A DNA stretch of 64,000 nt from Candidatus Deferrimicrobiaceae bacterium (lineage in GTDB: Bacteria > Desulfobacterota > Deferrimicrobia > Deferrimicrobiales > Deferrimicrobiaceae): positions 160,001 to 224,000 of the forward strand of contig CAWBVY010000006.1 in NCBI GenBank assembly GCA_963792415.1. Reading direction: 5' to 3'. Positions 16,057 to 26,200 of this stretch are shown in pieces. The notes below the pieces were generated by a model. That model did not search any database. It was not told the origin of the DNA and was given only the letters and a program-made list of their open reading frames with translations. Position numbers and translations under genes: made by a program. Each line of letters begins with the position of its first letter. Positions within the stretch are counted from its first letter, which is position 1.

Positions 16057-17834
16057 GGGGCGCACCCCGCCTTCTTCCTTTCGACCAGCGCGAACGCCCC
16101 GTCCGCCACCTCCGGCAGCGGGATCCGCAGCGTCTCCCCCGTCTTCCGGTCGCGGATCTCGCCGAACCCCGCCGCCACGTTCTTTTCCCCCAGGGTGATG
16201 CGCACGGGGATTCCCGTCAGGTCGGCGTCCTTGAACTTGATGCCGGGGCGCTCCTCGCGGTCGTCGAAAAATACCTCCACGCCGCGCGCGTCGAGGTTCG
16301 CCGCCACGCGCTCCGCCGCCGCCATGACATCGGCCTGCTTCACGTTCACGGGGATGACGGCGACCTCGAAGGGGGCGATGGAGATCGGCCAGACGATCCC
16401 GTCGTCGTCGTGGTTCTGCTCGATCGCCGCCGCCGCGGTCCGCCCGACGCCGATCCCGTAGCATCCCATCACGGCGACCCGCTCCTTTCCTCCCTCGTCG
16501 AGGTAGACCGCCCGCATCGCCTCGCTGTATTTCGTTCCGAGCCGGAAGACGTGCCCCACTTCGATCCCGCGGGAAAACCGCAGCGCCCCGCCGCATCGTG
16601 GGCACATGTCCCCCTCGCGCACGACCCGCAGGTCCGCGTACGCTTCCGGGACGAAATCCCTCCCCGGGACGACGTCGACAAGATGGGCATCTTTTTCGTT
16701 CGCGCCGGTGGCCCCCGAGGCGATCGACCGCACCGAGAGGTCGGCGATCGTCCGCACGGAGAGCCCGACGGGCCCGGCGAACCCCGACGGGGCGCCGGTC
16801 ACCTCCCGCACGCGCTCCTCCCCGGCCAGCCGGACGTATTCGGCGCCGAGGTGGTTCTTCACCTTGATCTCGTTCACCTCGTGGGCTCCGGAGACGAGAA
16901 CGGCCACGTCACCGACGGACGTTTCGAACAGGAGCGTCTTGATCAGCGTCGCGGGGTCGATCGCGAGGAATGCCGACACCTCCTCTATCGTCCGCTTGCC
17001 GGGGGTGGGGACCTTGCGAGGCTTTCCCTCCTTCGCTCCTCCAGATTCGATCGGCGTGGTCGGAGCTTCGGAGGGTTCACCCTTCGTAGCGGCGAGAATC
17101 GCCGCGGAGTAGGGTAAGCACTCCGCCTTCTCCACGTTCGCCCCGTAGGAACAGGAGGCGCAGGAGACGATCGCGTCCTCGCCGGAATCGGCGATCACCA
17201 TGAACTCGTGCGAGCTCGACCCGCCGATGCTTCCGGTGTCCGCCTCGACGGCGCGGAAATCGAGCCCCATCCGCCGGAAGATCCGGCAGTAGGCGTCGTA
17301 CATCTTCCTGTACGACTCCGCGGCCCCCTCCTCGTCCGCGTCGAACGAGTAGGCGTCCTTCATGAAGAATTCCCTGCCGCGCATCAGCCCGAACCGGGGG
17401 CGGATCTCGTCGCGGAATTTGTCCTGGATCTGGTAGAGATTGAGCGGAAGCTGCCGGTACGACCGGACCTCCCGCCGCACGAGGTCGGTGACCACCTCTT
17501 CGTGCGTGGGGCCGAGGCAGAATTCCCGGTCCGCCCGGTCCTTGAACCGGAGCAGCTCCTTCCCGTAGGCGTCCCACCGGCCGCTCTCCTTCCAGAGCTC
17601 GGACGGCACCACCGAGGGCATCAGGACCTCCAGCGCCCCCGCCCCGTCCATCTCCTCGCGCAGGATCCGCTCCACCTTTCGCAGGACGCGCAGGCCGGCG
17701 GGCATGTAGTTGTAGATCCCCGAAGCCACTTTCCGGAGGAGCCCCGCGCGCAGCATCAGCCGATGGCTGACGACCTCCGCGTCGGACGGCGTCTCCTTGG
17801 TGGTCGGCATCAGATATCGGGAATACCGGATCAC
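16053..17834 (-). CDS. proS: prolyl-tRNA synthetase (bacterial type with INS editing domain)
   Basis: LGPTHEE, FRDEIRPRFGLMRGREF, MGCYGIG; GTG start overlapping the ispG stop. Confidence 0.97.
17026..17115. repeat. bipartite palindromic repeat inserted in frame within proS
   Basis: ccctccttcgctcc...ggagcttcggaggg followed by acccttcgtagcggcga-gaa-tcgccgcggagtagggt; same architecture as the tRNA-spacer copies; 90 nt. Confidence 0.72.
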
Positions 17835-18907
17835 TCGCTTCTCCTTTTTCCGGCGGCCAGTGTTTCCGCGATGCGGACGACCTCGGCCGCGATCTCGCTT
17901 TCCTTCACCTTCTTCACGATCTTCCCCTTCACGAAGATGAGCCCTTCCCCCTTGCCGCCCGCGACCCCCACGTCGGCCTCGCGCGCCTCGCCGGGGCCGT
18001 TGACGGCGCACCCCATCACGGCGACCTTCAGGGGAACCGGGAGGTGCGACAAGCGGCGCTCCACCTCCGTCGCTATTTTCACGATGTCGATCGACACCCG
18101 GCCGCAGGTGGGGCACGAGATGAACTCCGGTCCCCGGTGGCGAAGACCGAGGCTTTTCAGGACCTGCCAGCCGACGCGGACCTCTTCCTCCGGAGGCCCC
18201 GTAAGCGACACCCGCAACGTGTCGCCGATCCCCTCCGCGAGAAGAACACCGAGCCCGACGGACGACTTGACCGTCCCGGAAAAGATCGTCCCCGCCTCCG
18301 TGACGCCGATGTGCAACGGAAAATCGTACCGGCGGGAGAAGAGACGGTACGCCTCGATCGTGGTGACCACGTCGGACGCCTTCAGGGAGAATTTGAGCGC
18401 CACGAAGCGCACCTTCTCGCAGATCCTCAGGTACCGGGCGGCGCTCGCGACGAGGGCTTTCGGCGTCGGCCCACCGTACTTCGAGAGAAGGTCTTTCTCG
18501 ACGGACCCCGCGTTGACGCCGATCCGGACCGGGATCCGGTTCGCCCGCGCCGCTCGCAGGACCTCGAGCGTGTTCTTCTCCCCGCCGACGTTCCCGGGAT
18601 TGATCCGCAGGCAATCGGCGCCCGCGTCGGCGCAGGCGATCGCCAGCCGGTGGTCGAAGTGGATGTCGGCGATGACCGGGATCGGCGACCCGGCGCGGAT
18701 CTTCCCGAACGCCGCCGCCGCCTTCGCGTCGGGAACGGCGACGCGGGCGATCTCGCACCCCTCCCGCGCGAGCGACCGGATCTGCGCGACGGTTGCCCGG
18801 ACGTCGCGGGTGTCGGTGTTCGTCATGCTCTGGACGGAGACGGGCGCGCCCCCGCCCACCGGCACGCCACCGACGCGGATGCGGCGGGTCTTCTTTCGGG
18901 TTTCCAT
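17831..18907 (-). CDS. ispG: HMBPP synthase (GcpE)
   Basis: SVQSMTNT, ADIHFD, RINPGN, ISCPTCGR, VMGCAVNGPGE. Confidence 0.97.
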   Translation of the reverse strand: METRKKTRRIRVGGVPVGGGAPVSVQSMTNTDTRDVRATVAQIRSLAREGCEIARVAVPDAKAAAAFGKIRAGSPIPVIADIHFDHRLAIACADAGADCLRINPGNVGGEKNTLEVLRAARANRIPVRIGVNAGSVEKDLLSKYGGPTPKALVASAARYLRICEKVRFVALKFSLKASDVVTTIEAYRLFSRRYDFPLHIGVTEAGTIFSGTVKSSVGLGVLLAEGIGDTLRVSLTGPPEEEVRVGWQVLKSLGLRHRGPEFISCPTCGRVSIDIVKIATEVERRLSHLPVPLKVAVMGCAVNGPGEAREADVGVAGGKGEGLIFVKGKIVKKVKESEIAAEVVRIAETLAAGKRRSE

Positions 18908-18992
18908 GACGGATCCTACTATAAGCGAGAGGGGGAAGCCGCGTCGATTCCCATTTTCGATCCCATATGGAGCAGGGGCGCTACAAAGAAGG

Positions 18993-19466
18993 TCAGGGGG
19001 GACCGGACTCCTCCCATTGTACGATTCTGGCCTTGGGGACACCGTATTCCTGACCGTACCGGATCCTCGCCTTGATACGCACATCTCCATCGGACAGATC
19101 GGTCACGCCCCCCACGGAAACCAGTTCGTACTCTTCGAAGCCGGGCGGCGGAGCAGGCACGATCCCCAATCCGGCTTTTCGCGACGTCACGGAATATCGC
19201 CCGGTAACGTTCCGGCCGACGGGAATCCGGCGGACGTACGCCGAACCGACGGGGTTCAGAACGGGAAACCGTGCGATCGCGGCGTTCGCGCCGGCTCTCG
19301 CCATGTTCCTCGCTACCGCCGCCCGGTGATGCCGGCTCGCGCTCTCCCCCGTACCGACGGGGACGGAAACGGCGTACATCCCGAGCGCGCTCAGGATCAC
19401 CATGAGAAGCATCGACAGCACGATCGCGCTTCCCCGACAACTGTTCATCGGGTCAGTGCCCCGCAT
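18993..19466 (-). CDS. PilX-like minor pilin (second copy)
   Basis: RG-SAIVLSMLLMVILSALG hydrophobic N-terminus lacking Glu5, then ARNMARAG motif; start uncertain. Confidence 0.6.
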   Translation of the reverse strand: MRGTDPMNSCRGSAIVLSMLLMVILSALGMYAVSVPVGTGESASRHHRAAVARNMARAGANAAIARFPVLNPVGSAYVRRIPVGRNVTGRYSVTSRKAGLGIVPAPPPGFEEYELVSVGGVTDLSDGDVRIKARIRYGQEYGVPKARIVQWEESGPP

Positions 19467-19917
19467 CCGCGCGTTGCGTCACGAGCATCGTCTGATGCCA
19501 GGAACTTTTCCCGGATCGCCAGCAACACCACACCGTGATCGTTTTCAGGTTGGGGATCTCCGGGTCCGGCGTCACCTGCCATACACGATAGAAGGTCATC
19601 CCCCGGACAGTAACGGAATCTCCCGACGATGCGGCAAGGCGGGAAAACGCCGGCGACACTCCCTCCGTTGCCGCCTCGAAGCCGTCGGGATGCGAGGAGC
19701 GAAGTTCGCCCCAAGGGACCTGGAAGAGACGATCGATCGCCTCCTGTGCGAGATCGGTCGCCGTGCGAGCATTCGAGGAGGCGAAGGGGGCCTTCGCGGT
19801 AAGGGCGGTCATCTGGCCCATCGATAGAAACAGGATCCCCAGCGAGAGGATCAGGAGGGCAACGAAAACCTCCAGGAGAGAGAACCCTCCCACCCTGTTC
19901 TTTCGTGTTCTTTCCAA
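19453..19917 (-). CDS. PilV-like minor pilin (second copy)
   Basis: Prepilin motif GG-FSLLEVFVALLIL; C-terminal RVWQV...KTITV. Confidence 0.75.
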   Translation of the reverse strand: MERTRKNRVGGFSLLEVFVALLILSLGILFLSMGQMTALTAKAPFASSNARTATDLAQEAIDRLFQVPWGELRSSHPDGFEAATEGVSPAFSRLAASSGDSVTVRGMTFYRVWQVTPDPEIPNLKTITVWCCWRSGKSSWHQTMLVTQRADAGH

Positions 19918-19944
19918 TCCACCGGTCCCGGGATCCGGCCGATG

Positions 19945-20694
19945 TCAGCGTGCGCCAGTGGGAGGTTGTTCCGAAATCGTCACGGTAAAGCGTGCGGTCG
20001 ATTCCCCGCCCGCTCCGTCGGACACGATAACCGTGAACGGGACCTTCCCGGTCGTCCCGGGGGATGTCATCCAGCGCACGGAACCGGTCGCCCGATCGAT
20101 GCTCATTCCGGCGGGCGCATCTTTGATGGTATACGTCAGAGGATCCCCATCCGCGTCGGACGCCCGGACATGGAAAGTGACGGCGTTATCGCTGACCCGA
20201 AACTGCTCCTGCCCTTCGATGGCCGGGGGAGTATTGATGATCTCCCGGGAAAGCGTTGCGGACTTTCCCCGCTCCTTGCCGTCGAACGGAATGACCGTCA
20301 CGGAGACCTTGTCGCCTCGTTTCACCGGTGCCGTCAGGCGGTTCCCGGTGCCCGCCGGTTGGCCGTTCTTCTGCCAGGCGATCTCGAATTGCACGGGGTC
20401 TCCGTCGGCGTCGTATCCTTCCGCCTCCACGCCAAGGGTGTTCCCGGGCCGGCCGTCCCCGCCGACAAACTGTACCCCCCGGATTTCGGGCGATGCGTTC
20501 CGGATCGCGGCATCCGGCGCACGCGCGGGCTCCCGTAGGTCCGGGGATCCCCCGCCCTGTTGCGCCACCGGGGAGACCACGTTCCCTGCCGGAGGGGGTG
20601 CGGGCATCGACGCCTTTCGATCGTTGGAGCATGCGAAGACCATTGGGAGGATGACCAGCAAGGAAAGGGATCGATGCATCGGAATCCGCCTCAA
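19945..20694 (-). CDS. lipoprotein with two Ig/cadherin-like repeats
   Basis: Lipobox VFAC; two DADGDP motifs; P-GMSID--TG---W Ig-like signature. Confidence 0.7.
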   Translation of the reverse strand: MRRIPMHRSLSLLVILPMVFACSNDRKASMPAPPPAGNVVSPVAQQGGGSPDLREPARAPDAAIRNASPEIRGVQFVGGDGRPGNTLGVEAEGYDADGDPVQFEIAWQKNGQPAGTGNRLTAPVKRGDKVSVTVIPFDGKERGKSATLSREIINTPPAIEGQEQFRVSDNAVTFHVRASDADGDPLTYTIKDAPAGMSIDRATGSVRWMTSPGTTGKVPFTVIVSDGAGGESTARFTVTISEQPPTGAR

Positions 20695-21248
20695 TACTGG
20701 TACAGGATCGAAAGTTTCGAGCGTTCGGTGGCGTTCGTCGTGCTCTGGGAGAGCACCTCGATCGTGTACAGAAAAGGTACGCTCACGACCGTCACCTCGC
20801 CGGATCCGGAATTGACGACGGCCGTCTTCAGCAAACCCTCGTCCGCGCCGGAGTTTCCGTCGACCGTGTCCACGATCTTCGTGTACACGCGGTACGTCGC
20901 AAGATCGATCCGCATGTCGTAGCTGGTGGTGACATTTGGGTCGATGGTGCTTGCGTTGTCCAGCCCCCCCCAGGTGGCGATGGGCCCTGCGAGCTTGGTC
21001 TGGACAGCCGTCGGGTTCGCCATCGTGTACATCGGATCGGTGTTTCCCCGGTTCGCGATCAACTGGAACATCGCCTCCATCCCGCCCCGGCCCGCCTCGA
21101 CGGCCGTCCGAAACCGTTTCTGCTGGCCGGAGACGTAGGACCCGCGACTTACCATGAGCAGCATGGCGAGGGTCATGGCGAGGGAGATCGCCGCTAGGAC
21201 GAGGACGAAGACCATCGCGAACCCTTTTTCATTTCGAAGTGTTTTCAT
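20691..21248 (-). CDS. pilX: type IV pilus minor pilin PilX
   Basis: KG-FAMVFVLVL without Glu5; position after pilW. Confidence 0.75.
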   Translation of the reverse strand: MKTLRNEKGFAMVFVLVLAAISLAMTLAMLLMVSRGSYVSGQQKRFRTAVEAGRGGMEAMFQLIANRGNTDPMYTMANPTAVQTKLAGPIATWGGLDNASTIDPNVTTSYDMRIDLATYRVYTKIVDTVDGNSGADEGLLKTAVVNSGSGEVTVVSVPFLYTIEVLSQSTTNATERSKLSILYQY

Positions 21249-21249
21249 G

Positions 21250-22341
21250 TCATTGCGCCAGGTTCACCGGTTTGACCACGATGGAGTATAACTTCCAGCG
21301 GTAGTTCCTGTATCCACTTACATTGAAGCTTTTTCCAACACCCTGTGACCCGACGAAGATCGTGTTCGACGGCGTCGTGTAGGAATCGTCCCGCTGCCCT
21401 TCCTGCGCCAGGATATGAACGCGGATCTCTGCAAGCTGCGCTCGGATCTCCGCCGCCGTCATCCCCGCGGAGATGTCGGGCGACCAGACAAGGGCCGTGG
21501 CCGGGTCCAGGTCCGCGTCAAGGCCGTAGACGATCTGCATGTCGGCGGCGCAGTCGACCAACGGGAGCAGCGTCGGCGTAGTCCCGGTTCCGTCGTGCGC
21601 CACGACCGCCTTCACCAGGACCCCGGTGTTCGGCGCACAGTGCCTAGGCGCAGGATACTCGGCGTTGTTGGCGATGTAGTACTCTGCGCGATTGAACGGA
21701 CGCGCCGGACTCACATTGTCGATCCCGTAGACAATGTTCGCCGAGTACGGTTCCACCGGGACGAATGCCAGGGTATTGGCGAATGTAGTGGAAAAAGAAG
21801 ACCCTGCTGTGACGAGCGACCGGCGATTGGCATCCGTGCTCCCGAGCGCCAGCACGATCACGTAATCGTTTGCCCCGAGGTTCTCCGTCGCAGGGATCCA
21901 CGTCCTCTTGACGTTGGCCTGGGTGAGCGTTGTCCATTTCCCGGCGGCGTCGCTCATGCCGACGCGCGCGGATTTGATGACGAGATAATCGGAGTTGTTG
22001 ACCGTAAACGCAGCGTTGTCGATGCTGAGCACCGCCCTCGGGGGCGGGTCCGGTGCAGTGCCATACCCATCATTGAGAGCCGAACCGTTGCCGGTCCTCT
22101 CGGTGTATGCAACCGTATTGTCCAGGTTCCACGGGAGACCGTATCCGAGACTCTCCAGGTCCTGGCGAAGAAGTTCCAGACCGAGGATCCCTTCCACGTT
22201 CGACTCGGTGATCTTCGTCTGAACCTTGTACTGCCTGACCGACACAATGAAGAAGTTGATCGCGGCGTAGAGCACCACCCCGACGATCGCCATGGCGATC
22301 ATCAGTTCGACCAGGGTAAACGCCGCATTCCGCCGCTTCAT
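21250..22341 (-). CDS. pilW: type IV pilus minor pilin PilW
   Basis: AA-FTLVELMIAMAI; LLRQDLESLGYG; MQIVYGLD. Confidence 0.8.
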   Translation of the reverse strand: MKRRNAAFTLVELMIAMAIVGVVLYAAINFFIVSVRQYKVQTKITESNVEGILGLELLRQDLESLGYGLPWNLDNTVAYTERTGNGSALNDGYGTAPDPPPRAVLSIDNAAFTVNNSDYLVIKSARVGMSDAAGKWTTLTQANVKRTWIPATENLGANDYVIVLALGSTDANRRSLVTAGSSFSTTFANTLAFVPVEPYSANIVYGIDNVSPARPFNRAEYYIANNAEYPAPRHCAPNTGVLVKAVVAHDGTGTTPTLLPLVDCAADMQIVYGLDADLDPATALVWSPDISAGMTAAEIRAQLAEIRVHILAQEGQRDDSYTTPSNTIFVGSQGVGKSFNVSGYRNYRWKLYSIVVKPVNLAQ

Positions 22342-22742
22342 CTTTGCCTCACGATAGTGAGGACCGTGTGGTCGTACGTCTTCGTCTGGTTGTTCTCGAT
22401 CCTGTTCCACATCACCCTGATGGATACCTGCAGGTTATTCGAGTTCAGATGATTCACCGTCCTCCAGACGCCGTAATTCACGGTCAACCCACGGATCTGC
22501 CGGGGGACGGTACCGATCGATACCGGAACGTTGTCGGTTGCCAATGCGAGAACGTTGAAGGGCGTGTTCCTCAACTGCTGCATCTCCATCTCCGCAACGC
22601 TCACCGCCTCGTCCCGTTGGGTATTCTTGATGTTCTGGTCGAGCACGACAAGCCCCGCGCTGCTCATGCCCAGGAAGACGATGAAGACGATCACCATGGC
22701 GACGAGCACTTCGATGAGGGTCATACCACCGTTATTTTTCAA
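22338..22742 (-). CDS. pilV: type IV pilus minor pilin PilV
   Basis: GG-MTLIEVLVAMVI; TTG start inferred. Confidence 0.78.
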   Translation of the reverse strand: MKNNGGMTLIEVLVAMVIVFIVFLGMSSAGLVVLDQNIKNTQRDEAVSVAEMEMQQLRNTPFNVLALATDNVPVSIGTVPRQIRGLTVNYGVWRTVNHLNSNNLQVSIRVMWNRIENNQTKTYDHTVLTIVRQR

Positions 22743-23241
22743 CGCAGGCCCCCGCCCCGACGTACTGCCCCATCTTGATTCTCGTCGGCTGGATCGTGAC
22801 GCAGTTGTAATCCGGTTGCGCGGTCGAGGAGAACCGGATCTCCCCCGTGACGGAGGCAATCCCGTTCCGGTTGAATTCGAACGCGCCGCCGGGAAAGGCG
22901 GTGGTGATCGTGTGCGTCACCGTCACGTTTGCTACCCTGGTGTCCGCCGCATTGTCCCAGATCCCGTTTCCGTCCGGGAGCGTGTTGGTGTCCTCGTACG
23001 TCGCGTACCCGGCCCCGGAGAGCCGGACGAAGAAGATACGACTCCTTTGCATCGCCCGTCCGCGTGCGTCCATCAGATCCGCATAAAGCTGCTTGGTTTC
23101 CGCTTCCACCTTGTATTTCTCGTTGAGTCCCGCGAATCTGCTGACAGCGATCACAACAAGGATCCCCAGGATGGCGATCACGATCAGGATCTCCACCAGT
23201 GTGAACCCCCCAAGGGCCGCCTTGTCATCCGTGGAACGCAC
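22732..23241 (-). CDS. FimT/FimU-type minor pilin
   Basis: GG-FTLVEILIVIAILGIL; LYADLMDARGRAM; FNRNG. Confidence 0.8.
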   Translation of the reverse strand: MRSTDDKAALGGFTLVEILIVIAILGILVVIAVSRFAGLNEKYKVEAETKQLYADLMDARGRAMQRSRIFFVRLSGAGYATYEDTNTLPDGNGIWDNAADTRVANVTVTHTITTAFPGGAFEFNRNGIASVTGEIRFSSTAQPDYNCVTIQPTRIKMGQYVGAGACVEK

Positions 23242-23247
23242 GCTTCC

Positions 23248-26200
23248 TCACCTTTCCATCATGTGCATGATCCGCTTGACCGGCGGGGGCTGGGACAACA
23301 ACGATAGCCCCTGCGACGTGGGCGGCACGCCCTCGATGGCCCCGGTCCTGCGGCCATCCTTGTGAAGTCCTCCCGCCCCCTCCCCTGCGGCTTTCTGGAA
23401 AGCGGTGGCAAGGTCCAGCTGCTCCACACTGGCCGTGGAAACCTGCACCAGCGCCTTCCCCTTCATCACCGCGCCGGAGGGGGTGTTTCCCGTATTATAT
23501 CGGAGCGCCCACAGGAAGCTCTTGCCGCCGAGGGCGCACTCGTCCCCGTAAGGCTTGTACGTCGTGAAGAAGACCACGCCCGAGGTCGTTGCAAGGGGAT
23601 CAGTGATGACGCGTTCGGCGCGGTACGGGCGAGTCACATTATCGTAAGTAAAATAGGTCGAAGTCGTTCCGATTGTCGATGATCCATCCAGATCGATGTA
23701 CCACCCCTTGAACCCCGCCGAGTTGGCGGTGGACTCCGTGGGGACGCTAGCGATGGACGTCACGTTCGGAAAGGTCGAATCCGACGTCGAGAAGGTGACC
23801 GAAGAGGTGCAGGTCGGGCTGATGAAGTTGCTGATGAAGCAGGGATCCTTCAGGCCGAAGAGCCTCCGCTGGCCCGTCGCGTCGTCGATCGTCGGAGTGG
23901 TATTTGTCCCCTCGGGTGGATTCTCGAAATAGTACCTTCCTGTCCCGAAAAACAGCCAGTTCGTGCCGTAGTTGTTGTTCTGGAGCCTGGCTACGGAGGA
24001 AGTGACCGGGCCGATCCCCGCGATCACCGGACTCCATTTCCAGCTGCCGCCGCCCGCGTTCGTCGGCGTCGCGTTCGCGGTCAGGATTCTCCCCACGCCG
24101 CCGTCGGTCCAGGTGGCCGAAGACCCGCTCCCCAGTATCTTCACGTACCCGACGTAGGCCACATCGTCCTGGTAATCGAGATTGAAATCGGCCACCGCGT
24201 TGATCATCGATCCGGCGAAAGCGTTCGCGATCCCCGTGTCGATCGTCTGGGCCAGCGCCCCCGTCTTCAGATTCAGCACGAAAAACTTCAGGTTCTGGTT
24301 CGAACGCCCGAGGAACTGGTTGCTCGCGGTGTCGATGGGGCCGGTCGGCCCCGAGCCGAACATTACGTACCACTCCCCGTTCAGGGTCCGGTCGCGGGCG
24401 CCGGTCGTTCCATTCACGGCGTGGACCCGGAAGACGGCCGGCCCGGTCGTTGTAAACCCGAGGCCGGGGTTCGTAAACTCCCACAACAGGGAGGGGTTCG
24501 CCGGATCCGTCACGTCGAGGGCAAAGTAGGAAGAGTAGCCTATCGCCCCGCCCCCGGGTGTCTGCACGCAATTGTTCGCCGTCGTGCATGCGGGAACCGA
24601 GCTTACGTCTCCGCACGCCCCGCCGGTCCGCATCCCGCCGATCAGCACCGTTCGCCAACTGGCCTGGGTCCGCGTCTGCTGCGACTGGTCCGTGCTGCCC
24701 GACCCGATGCTGGCGTCGAACACGTACGGCGCCAGGTCGGCATAATAGAGGTGGCAGTAGTCCGGATCCTTCAGGTACTTGAGATACGGAAGGGCGTTCT
24801 TCGGAATGAAGGCCCACGCCTCGTCCCCCAACGTCGTCCCGAAGTATGGGTTCGTGATTCTCGCTTTCTGCACCAACGCCTTCCCCGACCACGAGAGCTC
24901 GAGTTTCCCGAGCCGGAAGGCGTGGAGCATCCCGTCGTTCCCGCCCGTGAAGACCATCCCGCGGTTCTTGTAGGCGGTGGTGTCGATGAACGACTTGTAC
25001 GTCGTGTCGCCGTAGACCGAGTCGTACTTGTTCAGCGGGACACTCGCAACGATCCGCGGTGTCGAGTTGACGACGTCCCCGAGTTTCCAGACGTTGTTGT
25101 CGGCACCGTAGGTCACCGTCCTTGAACGCAGCGTCAGATCGTCCGTGTTGTCGATCCCGTGGACGTAATTGATGATCGTGTTGACGTCATCGCCCGGATC
25201 CGGCAGCAGATAGGTGCCCAGTGAACCGGCGTTCGCCGTGGAGAAATCCGTGAACGTATACGGGGACGAACCGCTCAGCGTCGTCTTGATCGTCCTCGCG
25301 TTGGAGGACAGATTCCGCTGCCAGAGCTTTTTCCCCGCTTCCCAGAGGCTGTTGATGTTCTCGAAGCTCAGCGTGGTGTCCTGGGTCGTCGCATTCCCGT
25401 TGGCGTCGGAGTGCCACCGCCTCACCTGCGTGAGTTGGGAGACCGGGTCGAAGTAGAACTGGACGATGTCGTCGTTGCCGAGGTTCAGCACGTCGTCCTG
25501 GGTCGTGTCCTCCCGGATCGTCGCGTTGGAGAAGAAGGGATCCACGTAGTACCACATGTTCTGGAGCGACCCCGTCCACCAGATGATGTCGTTTCCGACC
25601 GCGCGGCGCGGGTAGAAGACCGCCTGGATGAGGTTCGCCCCGCTCCCTTCGCCCGACGCGAGGACCGAGGCGGCCGTCCCCGAAGAGGCGCGCTTGAGAA
25701 TGCCGGAGAAGGCGTCCTTGACCGCCTGCTCGAGTTCGGCCCCCTCGGTCGCCTGGTAGTAGGTGTCGGGGGTGCCGTCGCCGTTCTTGTCCCAGTTCGA
25801 CGGGGAACCGGTGCTCGGCCGGTCCGTGGACCCGGAATTTTCGAAACCTCCGTTGATCGCCGTGTACTTCAACAGGGTCGAGTTCCGCCCGAAGGCGAAC
25901 ACCGTGTACAGCGTCAGGTTCTGGAACCCGGAGATGTCGTTCGCCCCGATTGTGGGGTTGTTCCGCAGGTCGGTGGTGTGCATGAACAGCGCCGCGTCCT
26001 CGGCTCCCGAGGTGGCACCGCTAATACAGTACGCGGCGCCCAACGACGACGCCGGGAAGGAATAGAGAGTACCGTTGTCCAGCGCCGGGCAGTTGGCGCC
26101 TGTGCAATTAAAAATCGATTTCCCGGAGGTGTAATTCAGGAGGTTGGCCGGGATGTTGCCGTCGCCGCACGGTTCGCCGTCGGTCAGCAGCAGCACGAAG

